Shown here one piece after another: positions 11,219 to 24,514 of a stretch of DNA of 64,000 nucleotides. This DNA comes from Eimeria praecox. Its lineage: Eukaryota. The DNA lies in assembly GCA_963920595.1 (NCBI GenBank), contig OY986948.1, positions 372,001 through 436,000 on the forward strand. Direction: 5' to 3'. The translations under genes were made by a program, and so were the position numbers. Position 1 is the first letter of the stretch. Each line of letters opens with the position of its first letter. The notes under the pieces are model-generated. The model ran no database searches and had not been told where the DNA came from. It saw only the letters and a list, made by a program, of their open reading frames with translations.

Positions 11219-14200
11219 CAGAACAATCGACTAACTGTAGGACGTGATCTACGAAGCCCAAGTCAATTCTTGAAAATCCTTTAAAATTCTAATTGTTCTG
11301 CTGGCTAAAGTACTGAACGTGTTCGTACATTTTGAAATGCAAAGCAACGCTATCCATGGCCTGGCAATTGACACCACATATTCGTATTAAATAACATCCC
11401 CACGCATAAGTTCTTTCGTCCCTTTTCACAGTCTCATCAGGAAGCTATGCGAGCAGTTAAAATATTCTTGCTGATTCGGATATTCCGCAATGCATACAAC
11501 CATACGTCTCTCCCCTTCGGAATTTGCAAAGATGTGACTACACACAGCGCAAGCAGGCTATTTGCGTTGCAATGCCGCAATTCGGAGGCCCCTGCCTGCC
11601 CTTTGGGGCAGAACTCTCTGCAACACGCTTGGCTTCTGAAAGTGCAGTGTATGCAGTTTGTGCATGCCAACAGGCTGGCGTATGCCAACCAAATCATCAT
11701 TGAGGGTAAATTGGCAATCTTTGGACTAAACATGCTTTTAAGCTGTCAACCAGCACCTTTGTGGAAGGTTGGTGGCTCTAAGAACAGTCACACGCCAATT
11801 ACCATTAAATTTTGCAGGGGGCGTGATGTGCTGTTTTTTGCTGCGCCCCTGTGGTGTTTTCCCCAGTTGTGTAGCAGTGCTGTTTTCTCGTGCCTAAGTA
11901 GGTCCCACGTGCACAATAATTATTGGCCTTACTTTCAAATGGTAGAACGCTAGGGATTTGTAGTTTATTCATGCGCTTCTTCACCCGCCCTCCCCCCTCC
12001 CTGGATTCGCAAAGGCATATATCCCACTGGACGATTGCTCCACTCTGAACATCGTATTTCTTCTTTAGGGGGCAGCGTATTATCATGCATCGCGGTTACG
12101 ATACGATGTGGGCTCTTGGGGGCCAATAACCGTTGACCAGTGCATGCGTACGCTCCGCTCTCGCACCGAACCACCGAATCAACTGAACAGCACATTACTG
12201 GCGAGTTCCATGCGCTCGACCTACGCCTCAAAATATTGCAAAATGCTGTTTTTGAAGGTTCGACCCACACCTCGCTTTCAGCCAGATAACCAATGGAGAA
12301 CCAGACGTTGCTCCGGTGGCACACACGGGCCTCCAGTCCGGTTTTCCGTACAGAAGTTATCGACAAGCAAGCGGTGATGAAGGAAAAGCATTAGCATGGT
12401 AAGCTCAAGACACTGTGTTGCCAAAGGCAAACTACTAATGACCACGAGAGCGTTGTGCGCTGTGGTGTGGAACGTGGCAACTGATAGTATTATTAATGCC
12501 TGTGGGTAGAGCTTCTTGCCTGCGCATTTTACTGTGCCACTCCAGCTCAGAAATGTCCCCCACTGGTTTTCCCTTCAACTATGCTGGATTTTTCCTGCTT
12601 CATCACTTAAGATCAGCCAAGTTAAACTCAAACACTCTTCTCAGGATGCACCAATTTTGTGACTATAAAGGCACAAACGTATACTTCCTGTAGTCGTGCC
12701 CGATTACTCCCAACTGGGTTACAACCTCGAACCGCATTTACAGCGCAAACTCGTGTATGCACGCGCCCAGCATAACGCAAGGAATGCTGTAATCGTACTC
12801 GGCTGCCGGCTTAATGCCCCCGCGGGCAAGTTTTCTCCTGCGTGCTTGCGCATTTTGACCCCCTGGAACAGACGGCATATAAAGCAGAGTACCATAGGTG
12901 GGGCAGTTGTTGGTGTCCTGAACAGCAGATTTCTGTTGTTTGAATAGGAGAGCTATACAGCCCCTTCCGCGTGTGCAGCCTTCAGGTTGTGCCACGGTGA
13001 GGAAGTTCCCGCTCCTTCGCAGTTGCAAATGCAAGGTGAACGAAGCCTAGGGCTTGAGATCACTTTCTGTGCGTGCTGCCCTTGCCGTCTTGCCGAATTT
13101 GGTAAACAGCGTAATGCAACCCTTTCTGCTTCCTTTCATTAGTTACTGCCTTACAAAGCATGAAATCTGCAAGACTTTGCCGGCATTGCGCTCGTACTGT
13201 TTCTGTCTAGAAAACCAGGTTTCGGCCCACGCATGTATCCATCTTCTCAGCATTGTTTGGCCCGATGTACGCTACCGATTCCCAACCGTCTGGCCTGTGG
13301 CTTTGTAATGTGGTGGGAAAGACTAGCAGGGTAGGACAAAACGAGAAGTCACTACGGTCCCTATAAGGCCTGCTTTGAGCTTTTTGAAAGAAAGTTGCCG
13401 CCGCTAGAGGATCGTGTATACGTTGTGGTGCCACCCATTATTTCATGTAAAGTGTCTTCTACACACAAGCCATCGGTCAGACTCATGGAAACAATGTTCA
13501 ATAGCCGTTAGCTAACCGTAAGAGCATTTAGGCGGCCTTACTAGTTCCCCATTGACGCAGAAACAACATGCTGTAGCCCCCTATGAAATCCGTCCACCGA
13601 ACCAACGTAAAGTAAAACTTGGCGCTGTAGACGCCCCAGCGCACAAAAGGGGGTGAGGCGTCTTGGTGTATGGCTCCGCTCAGACGTAGTATGCGCCTGA
13701 TTTACTGTTATTGTAAACCAACATTTGTACAGTTTCTCAGTAGCGCCCTCTTCTACATTTTTAAAACACCCCCCGCCTTGCAGCGTATCTTCAACGGCTC
13801 CCTGCCCTGCCTGGAAGGTTCCGCCAGCTCATTCGTGAGAAACGGCAATTACAGTCAAAGGCACGGAGGTGTGCTACATCGTTTCCAGCTGAAATTCATC
13901 CTCTTCAATAGGAAAATGCCGTTTGAGCCCCACAAGCGCCCTTCCTCCCCAGATTCTTTGAAAGAAAGGCACCACCGTGTTCTTCATGTTGTGCTTCTCA
14001 CCAGCTGACAGTAGCGGTACCTAAGCACAGCATGCTCTTGCATGCCCCCTTGGCCGTGTTCTATCACAGCAAGCGTAAAACGTCTGCAACTTCGACAGAA
14101 CTACGCCTCATGCATTAAGCGTACGGGTATGAACATGTACCGTGTGACTTTAGCGGGACATAGCAAATCAATGTGTATCACGCTTGTGCGGCCTTAGTCA

Positions 14201-14716
14201 TTTTAAAAAGAGGATGCGCTTATACTTATTAGATGCTGCGCTTCAGCACTGCCACATCACTAATCTGCTTGTGTGGCCTTAGCCACTTTCAACAGAGCAA
14301 AAGCTTGGCCTCTTCATAAGCTACCTCCACACTGCTGTTTTACTATCAATCTTCTTGGCTAGGCGAAGCACTCTTGCGACCTACAACACAAGTACGTTAA
14401 AAACCCATTTTGAGGGCCAGCACTGTAGAAAGGCACGGAACCTATAGTATCAAGCCACAGCAGCGGACTATAGGACTAAGTGCAGCGCGGAAGGTCGCCT
14501 GTGCACAATGAATTAGGAAACCTGGGTGCGTAGGCACACAAAACGTCCAACATGCAAAGCTGCTGCGTTCCGCCTGATAACATCAGAGGAAGCAATTTCA
14601 CGGAAAGCATTAAACAGGCAGCATGCAAGGATGGTACTATGCTCGGTCTATCCCCCAAAAGAGTACCAAAGCCTTAGGAACGCGACTGTTTTGATATTGC
14701 CTGGATGCTTCTACTC

Positions 14717-17700
14717 TCAGGTCTTGGGCGTTGCCTTCAAGGCCCGAAGGAATTCAGGAGGCGTGGGAGGCGCGCCACCCATCGTAATCACTAGCTCATC
14801 TCCGCTGCACCGTTGCGAGATACGGGGTGGCGAAAGATTCTCTTTGGCAGTGGGCGCTTCTACGCCGGATTCCATCTCCTCCTCCGCGTTGACTGGAAGT
14901 GTTGATGCGCCCGCATTTTTACCGCGACTTGAAGATGCAGGATGTCCATCCCCACCTAGCAGAACTAACTCTGGCGCCGAAGGCTCCGTGGAAGATGACT
15001 CAATTTCTGGTGGAGCAAGGACAACGCTTCTGTCGCAATCTTCGATAACAACCAAGCCGTTGGGGCCCATATCCGCCTAACACACAGAACATGGCCACAA
15101 AACCCGCGCAGTACACCTGTCCTCCCTGCCGGTCTTCTTTGCCGGGCAACTGCTTTGCCAGTCCCTCTTATGCAGGTCGGCAAACACACTCAGGATCGAC
15201 GCAATCGCAAACAGTTGCTTACCAATGCTCTCTCAAAGAACTGTAACCGTCTAGAGAGGAAGTCGCTGATCCGCGTCAGAGTCGCATTCCGCTGAAACAA
15301 CACAGGGATACAGGATCAATAAAAGCCTCTAAACATCTAAATCCCTTCCAGAAGCTAGACCCTTCAATCGAAAACCCCCAAAATAGAAGACCCGGTACAG
15401 GAGCAGTGAATCTCGGTAACCCCGGTTGTCCTTGCTGCTCAAGCATGAATACCCTTCCCTCACTTCTCCAGCTCTCCATCCCCCAAGCTCTAGCTTACAA
15501 CTTCCAGTTCCTCATTTTTCTGTTGTGCTCGCTGGGCTTGCCGCTGCAGATTCGCCAAGCTGCGCGGGGTATCCTCCGATATTTCCTGCTCGCAGATGGA
15601 AGCACCACCCCAAAATTCTACTGGGCACCTTTGCAGGCCTTTTCAATGGCCTGGAAGTACGAATGCATGGGCTCACATGCAACCAGCACTGCGCTTACAT
15701 CTCCCACAGCCTGAGTTCCTGCTTCTTTCGTCTCAAAGTGGCGGCTCAGGGCATCTGTCCCCGCGCCAGTTTCAGCGTTTAAGGGGATGGTCTTGAGCTT
15801 CTCCTGAGTCGCAATTGAAAATCGCATGGACCAGATTTCAGCGGGGTGCACGTCTGAAGCATGAGCGCAAATCTGCGAAGAAATAGTGGTAACGCTTATA
15901 AATGGCAAAGAAGGCAAGCACACCTCAGCTATTTGCAGAGCCTTCTTCAATGATTCACGTTCGGCAGTGGCAGTTGCTAAGTCAGCTTCCAGCCTCTGTA
16001 CCCTCCGATTGCCTTCTGCTACCTCTGCACGCGCTGCCTCGAGTTGCTTCACATCCACAGTGTCCTGCAGCAGCTGCTGGAGGGCTTGCAGCTCCTCTTC
16101 CACACTCCGCAGTCGCAGGTCCTTCTGCTTGCTCGCTTCCTCCTGTCGCTCCAGCATCGCATTAACCTCTCCTAGCCTATCTCTCTGGCTCGCTACGTGT
16201 TCATCCAGCTGCTGCTGCAGCTGCCGTGCTAACTGCTCTTTCTCCACTACCTCTTGCCGCAACTGATACAACTCCTCCACCATCGCCGCCTGCACTTCGG
16301 CTTCGGGCGTGCTCCGCTGCTGCAGCACGTCCTCTCGTTGACGTTCTAGGTCTTCACAGCGCTGTTCCAACTTTTCCACATTTGCATTAGCTGCCGCAAG
16401 CTGTCTTTTCAGAAGAGCTGCCTCCTCTCGATCTTTTGCGAGGGCCTCTCGCTGAGCTTCATAAGCCTCTAACTGCTGCTGCTCTTCCAGTAGCAGCTGC
16501 TGCGCCTGTTGAAGCTGCTCGACTACTGCAGCATTTGCTGCGACCATTTTCGCGCTCTCTTCGTTCCACAGCTGCTCAAAGTGGCTTCGAAGCGCCTCTT
16601 GCTGCTCTTGCTGCTCCTGCTGCATGCGCTGTTGCAGCTGTTGCTGCTCCAGAGCGTGCTGCTCCCGTAGCTGCTGCATCAACAATGCGTGTTTCTCCTG
16701 TTGTTGCTGCAAAATCTGGTCACGCTCCTGTTGCAGCCTTTCCCTTTCTTCCAGTTCGAGCTGTTGCACGGCTGCCAATTGCTGCTGCAGATCCTCCTCG
16801 TGCTTCTGCTGCAGCAAAATCGGCTGTTGAAGCAGCTCCTCACGTGCTGCTTGGAGCAATCCCTGTTGAGTCTGCAACTGCGCCTCTAGCACCAGTACTC
16901 GTTCTTCCAGCTCGCTCTTCTCCCTTGCTGCCTGCTGTTGAGTTTCGTTGTAACCTTGCTCCAGGTTTTCGTGCTTCTTCCTTAATGCCTCGTGCTGTTC
17001 CATACGTTGTTGTGCATCACTTGTAGCTTCTTGAAGCTTTTGCTGTAGCGCGTTGCGTTCCGCCTCAAGTGAAGATTTAACGTCCCGCAACTGCTGGTTG
17101 AGTGACTCTACTCGAGCTTCAGCAGCAGCTTCGACTTCCTCCAGCCTCTGCCGTAGTGTATGCACTTCTCTTGTGAGCTCTTCTCGCTGCAGTCCACTTT
17201 GTTCCAAGAGCGAGCGTTCTTTTTCTGCTTGTTGCCGCAGTTGTTGCAGTTGCTCGTTCGCCGTGAGTTCCTGCTGCTGGAGTCTGCGCAGGAATTGTTC
17301 CGAATCCTCTTGCAGCCTCTGCGTCATGAGTTCGTGTTGTTCCTCCTGCTGGGCCAGTTGCTGCTGCAGCGCATCCACCTTCTGCTGCGCTCGCTCTACT
17401 TCATCTTGGCACGCAGATGTGATGCGTTGCTTCTCCTCCATCAGTTTCTGGTTCTGCTCTTCCTGCTGCTTGAGGACTCCAGCGTGTTCCTCAGCAAGTG
17501 CCTGGAATTCCATTGAGTGGAGTTGCTTCAGCCGCTCCAGCTCTGTCTTGTACTCTTCCTGCAGTTGTTGCTGCCTTTTCAATTGCTGATTTACCTCCAG
17601 CTGCAGTCGCTCTACCATGAACTCCCTTCCCAGAAGCTTCCGTTCCAGATCTGCAGCAAGCGGGCATGTATATAAGCACTGAAACGTGGGTTGCACTAGC

Positions 17701-20700
17701 AGGCGCTGCTGCAAATCAGGCCTCCATCCTTTTGAGCAGTGAAGCTACAGAGCACTAGCGCTGAAGCCCAAGCTTCATCCCCTGCCGCACGCAGGGCTGA
17801 TGGCAACTGCATCCTACCTTCTTGCTGCTGGCGATGCTCCAATGCCTTTTCATGCTGCAGCTGTTGCATGGTCGAAATCCTATCCAAAGCATCCTGCTTC
17901 TCCTGCAGGGCGGCCTCCACCTGCTTCTGTTGTTCTTGCTGTTGGTGCTGCAGCTCGCATTGCAGTTGCTCGTGCGCGTGCACTGCACGTGCAACCTGGG
18001 GAAGCAAGGGAAAAGCCACAAGGAAGTCCGCAGCCACGCTTCTACACCTTTGCAGAACAGCAATACTTGTGTCAAAAGCTAGGTATGAAATTCAGTACTC
18101 CATCAACGGGCCAGCAGCAGGACGAGCAGTGTTCGCCAGCTGCTGGTATGCCACTACGCTCAATGCGACCTCCACCGCTTGGAAAAGGTCCCTAGCAGCT
18201 TGCACCCCAAAGTCCCTCTTTTCTTCCCTAGGGGATCAGCTCAACCGCCCCACCTGGCTCTTTGCCTCCTCCTGTGCGGCTTCGGCTGCTGCTCTAGCGG
18301 CAACTGCTGCTGCTTCTCGCTCAGTCGCAGCAGCAAGCCGTTCCTGTAGCTCCTCCAGAAGCGCCTTCTGCCGCTCTGTCTCCTGCTGCAGGCTTTCCAG
18401 TTGCTGCTGCGAAGCTGCAAGTTGATCCTGCCATACTGCCGACTGATGGAGCAACTCATTCACCCGTAGTTCATTTTCTTGCTGCGCCTGCTTGAGCAGC
18501 TCCTGGTTGCGCTGCAGCTCCTGCTGCGTGCTGTCTAGCTGCTGCTGCGCCTGCTGCCGTTTCTCGTAAGCCAGCGCGAGTTGTCCCTCCAAGTCCGCCG
18601 CTCGAGCACAGCTCTCCTCCATGCGTCTGCTGAGGTCATCGTGCATGCGCTTCAGGTTTGTCAGACTCTCCTGCTGCTCGATATGTGCTTCCTGCAACAT
18701 CATCTGCTGCTGCAAGAACGGTTCGAGAGACCCATGCTGCTGCTGCAGCTGTGTGATAAACTGTACGACATCCGCGTCAAAGTGCATATCTTCCTCTTGC
18801 AGCTGTCTGTTTCGTTCCATTTGCTCCACTAACATCTGCGTCAGCTGCACACAACATGCCAGCAGCAACGGCACAACCGGCTAAGAGAGGGGATCTAGGT
18901 TATGGCATTGCTGGAATCACACCAGCTGTGCTTCATCGCAGCGCCAAAGCCAAGGATAGCGGCAGAGGCCGCAAAACAACAAGAAACACTGTTACAAGGT
19001 GATGATAGGGGCCACACGCGCAACTGCCAGCAGTCGTTCAGATAAATATGGCAGCCCCGCCACCGACGTTTGTCCGGCTGCGTCTAACTGTAAGGGAAGA
19101 ATCTGTGGGCTTACAGCAGACACTGCACCCTGGGCCTCTTCTAATGCTGCCTCTGCATCGGACACAGCACTGCACGTCGGCGAAGGCTGTGGTTCCGAAT
19201 CGTCACCCATGGGAGACGGGAACTCGGCAGCGGCAGCTCCTAGCGCATCCTGAAGAAGCTCTGCCGCCCTTTGCCGTTCCACCACAGGGCCCTCCCCGGT
19301 CAAAATCTGTTCAGTCACTTGCTGTATGCTTGCAGTGAGGCAGGCATTGCGAGAGCGCAACACCCCCACCTGCTGCTGCAGTGCTGCCAGCTGACGCAAG
19401 GTCTCTGCGCTGCTCTTCTCCAGGTCCTGCACTGCACGTGCAAATCCAGGAAGGATGTCCTCCATGAACAGGCCTTGTTGCAGCAGCTGCTGCTGCCCCT
19501 GGTATTGCTGCTGGCCCAGGATCTGGAGCTGTTCCTCACGCCTCTGCGGGTCATCATGCTCCGACAGCTGGTGCTGTTGTTCCTGTTGCTCCTCCAGCAG
19601 CAGATGCTCCTCTCCTTGCTGAAGAGATGCTGCAGGGGAGACCGAGGAACCCCAAACCTCCGAAGGCGGGTGGTGGGAGCTTGGCTTCTCTGGCGCCTCG
19701 CCCGTCTGCAACGAACCGGCGCTGCGCAGTCTGGTATCAGCAGGAACAGGAGCAGCAACAGCAAGAGGGGTAGCAGCATCAACAGCAGCAGCTTCTGCTG
19801 CTGCCGTCGCACTTTGCGGAGAAGACGGCGGGCTGTTCGTGGAGTGTAGAGTGGCCCGGCCATCTGCTTCGCTCCTCGCATTGCCATCCGACTTCGGCGA
19901 AGCGCCCGTGCTGCAGCTGCTGCTGCTTGAGCCACTAGGGTCCGGCAACGCTAAGGCTTCATGCTGTAGCGGCTGCTCGACACACTGCTGTTGTTGCTGC
20001 TGCTCCTGCTGCGCCTGCTGCTGCTGATGCTGCGGTTCCACCTGCTGCTCTTGCTGTTGCTCGCCCCAGGGAGAAACGACTCCTTGACCGGCAGTCGAAG
20101 ACCGCTCTTCGGAACCCTGCTGATGCAAGGGGACGGCAACCTTTTGCTGAAAGGCTGGGGCGTCTTCAATTGAGCTGCCCCCAGTTTCTTTGCGTTGATA
20201 TTCCGCTACAGCCTCAGCTGTATACGGGGCTACCGCTGTAGCAACAACGTCAGCTGGCTGCATATAAGGCTCAGGCGAAGGAGTAGCAGATGCGCCCCCC
20301 TTAAGCACCAGTTGCTGCTGCTGCCTGGGAGGCTCGCCAGGGACGCCCTCAGCCAGGGCGCTGTTCTGGTCCTGCGGATGCATCGGCGCTGTTAATCTAT
20401 AGCTGTCCTCTTCCGTTTCTTGTTGATGGTCCTCTTGCTCTTGCTGCTGCTCCAGCGCCTGCTGGTGCACGAGATCCCGATGCTGCGGGTTGTGAACAAG
20501 TGGGAAAGTCACATCTGAATGTGCCTTCTGTTCTCCAACAGTTGCATCCACCCCATTTATCGGGGAACCCTGAGCCTGTTCCAGCTGCTGCTGCTGCTCT
20601 ACAGTGGAAACCAGTGGATTCGCTTCACCTTCGGGAGGGGAAGGGGCGCCGGTGGAACACTGGGCTGAAGCGGTTGCAAGCACGGGTGGCCGCTTGAGTG

Positions 20701-21718
20701 GCTCAATGTTTTCTGTTGGGAGATCCCTCACTGCTGCCGTTTGCTGCTGTCTCTCAAGCTGCTGCTGCGGCCCCTCATGCTGCTGCTGCTCCTCCTCTGC
20801 CGTAGTCCAGCCGGGGCCTTCATAGAGCGGCGGCTCCGAAGCTGCGGCGCGCACGCGGCAGCCTTCCTTGTCTTCGCTGCCTTTAGCCGCTGTGTCCTCT
20901 GATGCAAATTCACCTGCTGCTGTCTCGTGCGAGCTGCTATCAGCAGGTGGAGGCCCTTGCTCGCTCCCTTCTGTCTGCTGCTGCTGTGATGCATGGGGCT
21001 GCTGCGGCAGCCTATAGGGAGGCATCACAAAGGTGAGGGGTCGCTTCGTGGTCTCCTTGCTCGCGCTGCTCTTCGTCGCTAAGCCTGGCGTGGCAGTGTA
21101 CAGACTCGCAGCGCCACGGGCCCTGCAGCAACAAAGATACCAGGCTGGGGGTTGCGTCGTTTCCACCGGAAGAGTCATGGTAGCAGGCAGATAGATAGAT
21201 AATAAGAACACACCAATCCGTCTAATATGTTATCCTCACCTCATTCGTCTAATGCCGCCCGCAGGGGCTGCAGCCTTGTCAAGCGGCTGTCCTCCCGTCG
21301 CTGCAACTGCAGCAGGCGGAGGCGGGGGAGTATCTTGCTGCTGAACAAGGTGTTCTTCGCCTCGGATGAGCCATCGTTTGAGTTCTTTGTTGTAGTAAAA
21401 CTGGTTCTCCTCCCCCAGCTAAACAAAGGAAATACACTCACACTCCATAGAGGAGGCTGCAGCTGTGGGGTCCCCTGCAGCTCCCTCATGTATCTATGGC
21501 TGCTGCATGCCCACAGAATCGAAGGGCTACAACTTACATGCGCATGCGTTGCCTTTCCTTCGCCCTCCCCTTCATCGCCACCCCTTCGGAACAAACGCCA
21601 GATGCCTACAGAAGCTCACAACACACAGCAAGTCGATCCGTTGAGGCCCAGAGGCCTGAAGGGGCGGCCTTCGTTGCTATGGGGGGGCGCATTCCACTGC
21701 TCAAGCACCTGTAGACAT
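14717..21718 (-). CDS. Large Q/E-rich coiled-coil (golgin-like) protein, ~1826 aa, with an N-terminal Sec16-C-terminus-like motif. Exons: 21718-21709, 21605-21538, 21418-21240, 21122-19016, 18844-18254, 17995-17818, 17650-15924, 15803-15699, 15585-15499, 15291-15223, 15076-14717
   Basis: Eleven exons join through GT-AG introns with consistent phases (5481 nt, 1827 codons including the stop). The N-terminus reads MSTGIWRLFRRGGDEGEGEGKATHAHLGEENQFYYNKELKRWLIRGEE...PPPPP. A ~600-aa low-complexity linker follows, then ~850 aa of heptad-like Q/E/L-rich sequence. Confidence 0.8.
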
Positions 21719-24514
21719 CGCCAGAGCTCCTCAGAGCACTAACAGGCCTGGTGGCTTCGCAGTTCAACTGTTGGGGCGTCAGTCGGCAACGCCGCATTAG
21801 CTGGACGAGAACCTCCGCGGGGAGCCGTCGTATGTGTCTCTGCCGTTCCTGCTGGAGCCCGAAGGCCGCCTCGAAGCGGCCACAACGCACGTCGCAGCTC
21901 TGAAGGCGACAGGCTGCTATCACTCTCCGCTGTTGCTGCTGCTGCGGCTGCCGCTGCTGCAGCTGCGGCCGCGCCGCCTGTCTCTTGTGTGAAGTTACAC
22001 CGGCAGGTTATCTTCTGAATAGTCTCTTAATAAGCAGCGGGAAAGGTATCCAGATAGTCACGCGAAGTAGTGAAAGCTGGCGCGCCTCTCCCGCTGCATG
22101 TACCCTAGGGCCGCCGAGAGCTGGGCATTAGACGCTCCCCCAGGGGTTCAAAAGAGCCCTCACGTCATACACAAGATTAAAATCGGGATTGAGGTGGAGT
22201 TAAACTCCGTGCATCCCGTAAGGTGAATACACTCCTCCCGAAATGCAGATTTTGCTGAGTCGTTAGTTGAACTTCTCACCGCCGTTGCGCCGCCGTCGCC
22301 TGAAGTGTGAGTCGTCATAGGTAGATGTCTGCTGCATACTTTGCAAGCAGTTTTACATTTTCATAAAAAATACTTTAAAGAACGGAAGCCCTTGGCATGC
22401 ATTGCTTCTGGTTCGGACGTCCCACTGTGGCAGCCGGAAGTCGCACGAGCAAAGGGGCTGCTGACTTACGGAGACAGAATGTTAGGAAAAAAATTGATGA
22501 ACCGATATCGATAGGGGATTTAAAGATATTTCCTTTAGGTGACACGCAGAAGTGGTTTATGTTGGTTTCGTACCGTGTCCTGCTCACAATGCCTGCCTTT
22601 AGAGCGCTTTAGCCTTCAACTGGGCCAAAGACAGACCAAAGCCATAAGGTTAAGACTAGCAAGATCACTGGGCAGTTTACAAAGATTTCTCTATCTGTAT
22701 TTCGAAATGCGGATACCACTGGCTTTTAACTTCGTCTAGGGTTTGCTCGCTATGGATATTTACAAGGTCGAGCAACTGTTGTGCTTCGAGGCGGAAGGCT
22801 CTAAGCACAACAGTTTGTTCTTCTGGCTTTGCCAACTGCCCTTTTGGGGGGAGAGAAAAGTACCAGGAAGGACAAAGGCTTCGAGAGTGGCAAAGTGAGT
22901 TGAACTGATAATCGGTGATGATCAGGCAGTAGGCGGGTTAGGTAGACGAATTGAGACCGGCTACCAAAGCCTGCTGATGCTTAGTCAGCAAGAATACGTG
23001 ATGAAGGCATAGTGCTGCCATCACGTATATGTGGAAGGGCTTGAACTTCCATTCACTATCGGAACGCAGCGTGACAACTGCCACCGAGTAGCTTCCCGTT
23101 GTGCAACTGGCTGCTCATTTTGTCCGAATACGCGCTTTCCTGCACATATTTTTCTTGTGCAGCCTCTTTATCAAGAAGAGAGAGGCACCTAACCCAGCGC
23201 TCTCTGGACAATGCACCGTGACAATCTGCAACAGTCTCGTAAGGCTCTTGTAGTATTCGTGTTCGATAAAATGCTTTTGAGGCGGATATGGCCACTTCGG
23301 ACTAAAGAACGTTCGTATTTTAGCTTTAAAGTGCAGACACTTACAACTGAGTGAGGTGGGTGAAAGCACTGCAGTATATTTAATGTGCTTGGAAACACAG
23401 CTACGGCCGCTGTCGCTTCACCACCCAGCCCAAGCGTCATCCCACACAACACCCAACGGTAAGGTCTATGTTAAATTGGGATAGTTGTTGACAGCTCCAG
23501 AGTGCATTTCCCACCGCAATGCATTAATTGACGCATGCCCCTCAGCTAGCTAGGTGTGGCAAGGTATGGACAGACGTGTTACTCGCTCTACGCCGTCAAA
23601 TCCTCGTGTGGGGCTTTGAGAAACAGTTGGTGATGGGACACAAATGGTAACAGGACAGCTCGAACGAGGCCTCAGACAAGGCCATCGGATTCCGCAGCTC
23701 TGCATCACGGTTAATTTAGTTCCATTTACATGCAACACACGCGCTAAGAAGGTTCTTTGCCGAAATGGCGTCGCTTCGCAGCTTTATTTACTCCCCGGCC
23801 ATGTATAGAGCTAAGAGGCATGCAAAACGAGGCAGAGGGAAGAAGGTCACAACTAACTGAAGACGCTGCGGCTCTGCTGTAGATGAGCTTCTTACTACAT
23901 ACTGGCGCTACAAGGAAACGCTTACAACGCAAACCCTCGCAACGAAAGCCAAAGTTCTTGTCTCCCGGCAAGAGCTTAAGGACCTGTATATACTTGAAAT
24001 GGTAGGGGGCCTGAAGGGCCCGCTCCCCAAATACGCGGAAATAGAGCAAAGTCACTCCCCGCTTTTTGTAGTATGGGGTTGTTCACATACACTGGCACAA
24101 GCTGTCAGAGTCGGAATCGACTGACTCTTGTGTAACCACACTGGTGCAGCTTCGTTCCAAAGTATTGGCCCAGTCATGTAAGTTGGACCAGCCATGTCTT
24201 TGGAGCCTGCAGCGTTCAAAGGAGCTAGTGCAGACCTCAAAATACCCAAAATTTTGCACCGTGCTGTCGGGGCGTCCACCTGAGCTGATGCTCCCACCTA
24301 GCTTTGCTGGTGCAAGGAGCAGCACCATAAGGCCTCTATGGGATCACTGACGTTATAAATTTTAATCAAAAATGGAACGGATCATGCATGTAGTTGAAGT
24401 GGCCATCCGTAACACTGCTATTCGCATGGGGGAAGTGCGCCTTCTCTGATAAGTGCATTCCTTCGTAGACCTGTACTCAGTTTTCTCAGAACTAAAAGAG
24501 CCAAGGTGAAGGTT

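Noticed and set aside
11437..14500. Several 80-170 aa ORFs between MIC3 and the coiled-coil gene
   Set aside because: No recognisable domain, coding bias or consistent splice chain; treated as UTR/intergenic. A weak ~35-bp duplication (14181/14267) is too short to interpret.
15618..15650. Stop after AIEKACKGAQ as the end of the coiled-coil gene
   Set aside because: A GTAAGC donor at 15698 and three further phase-consistent exons extend the gene to 14717.
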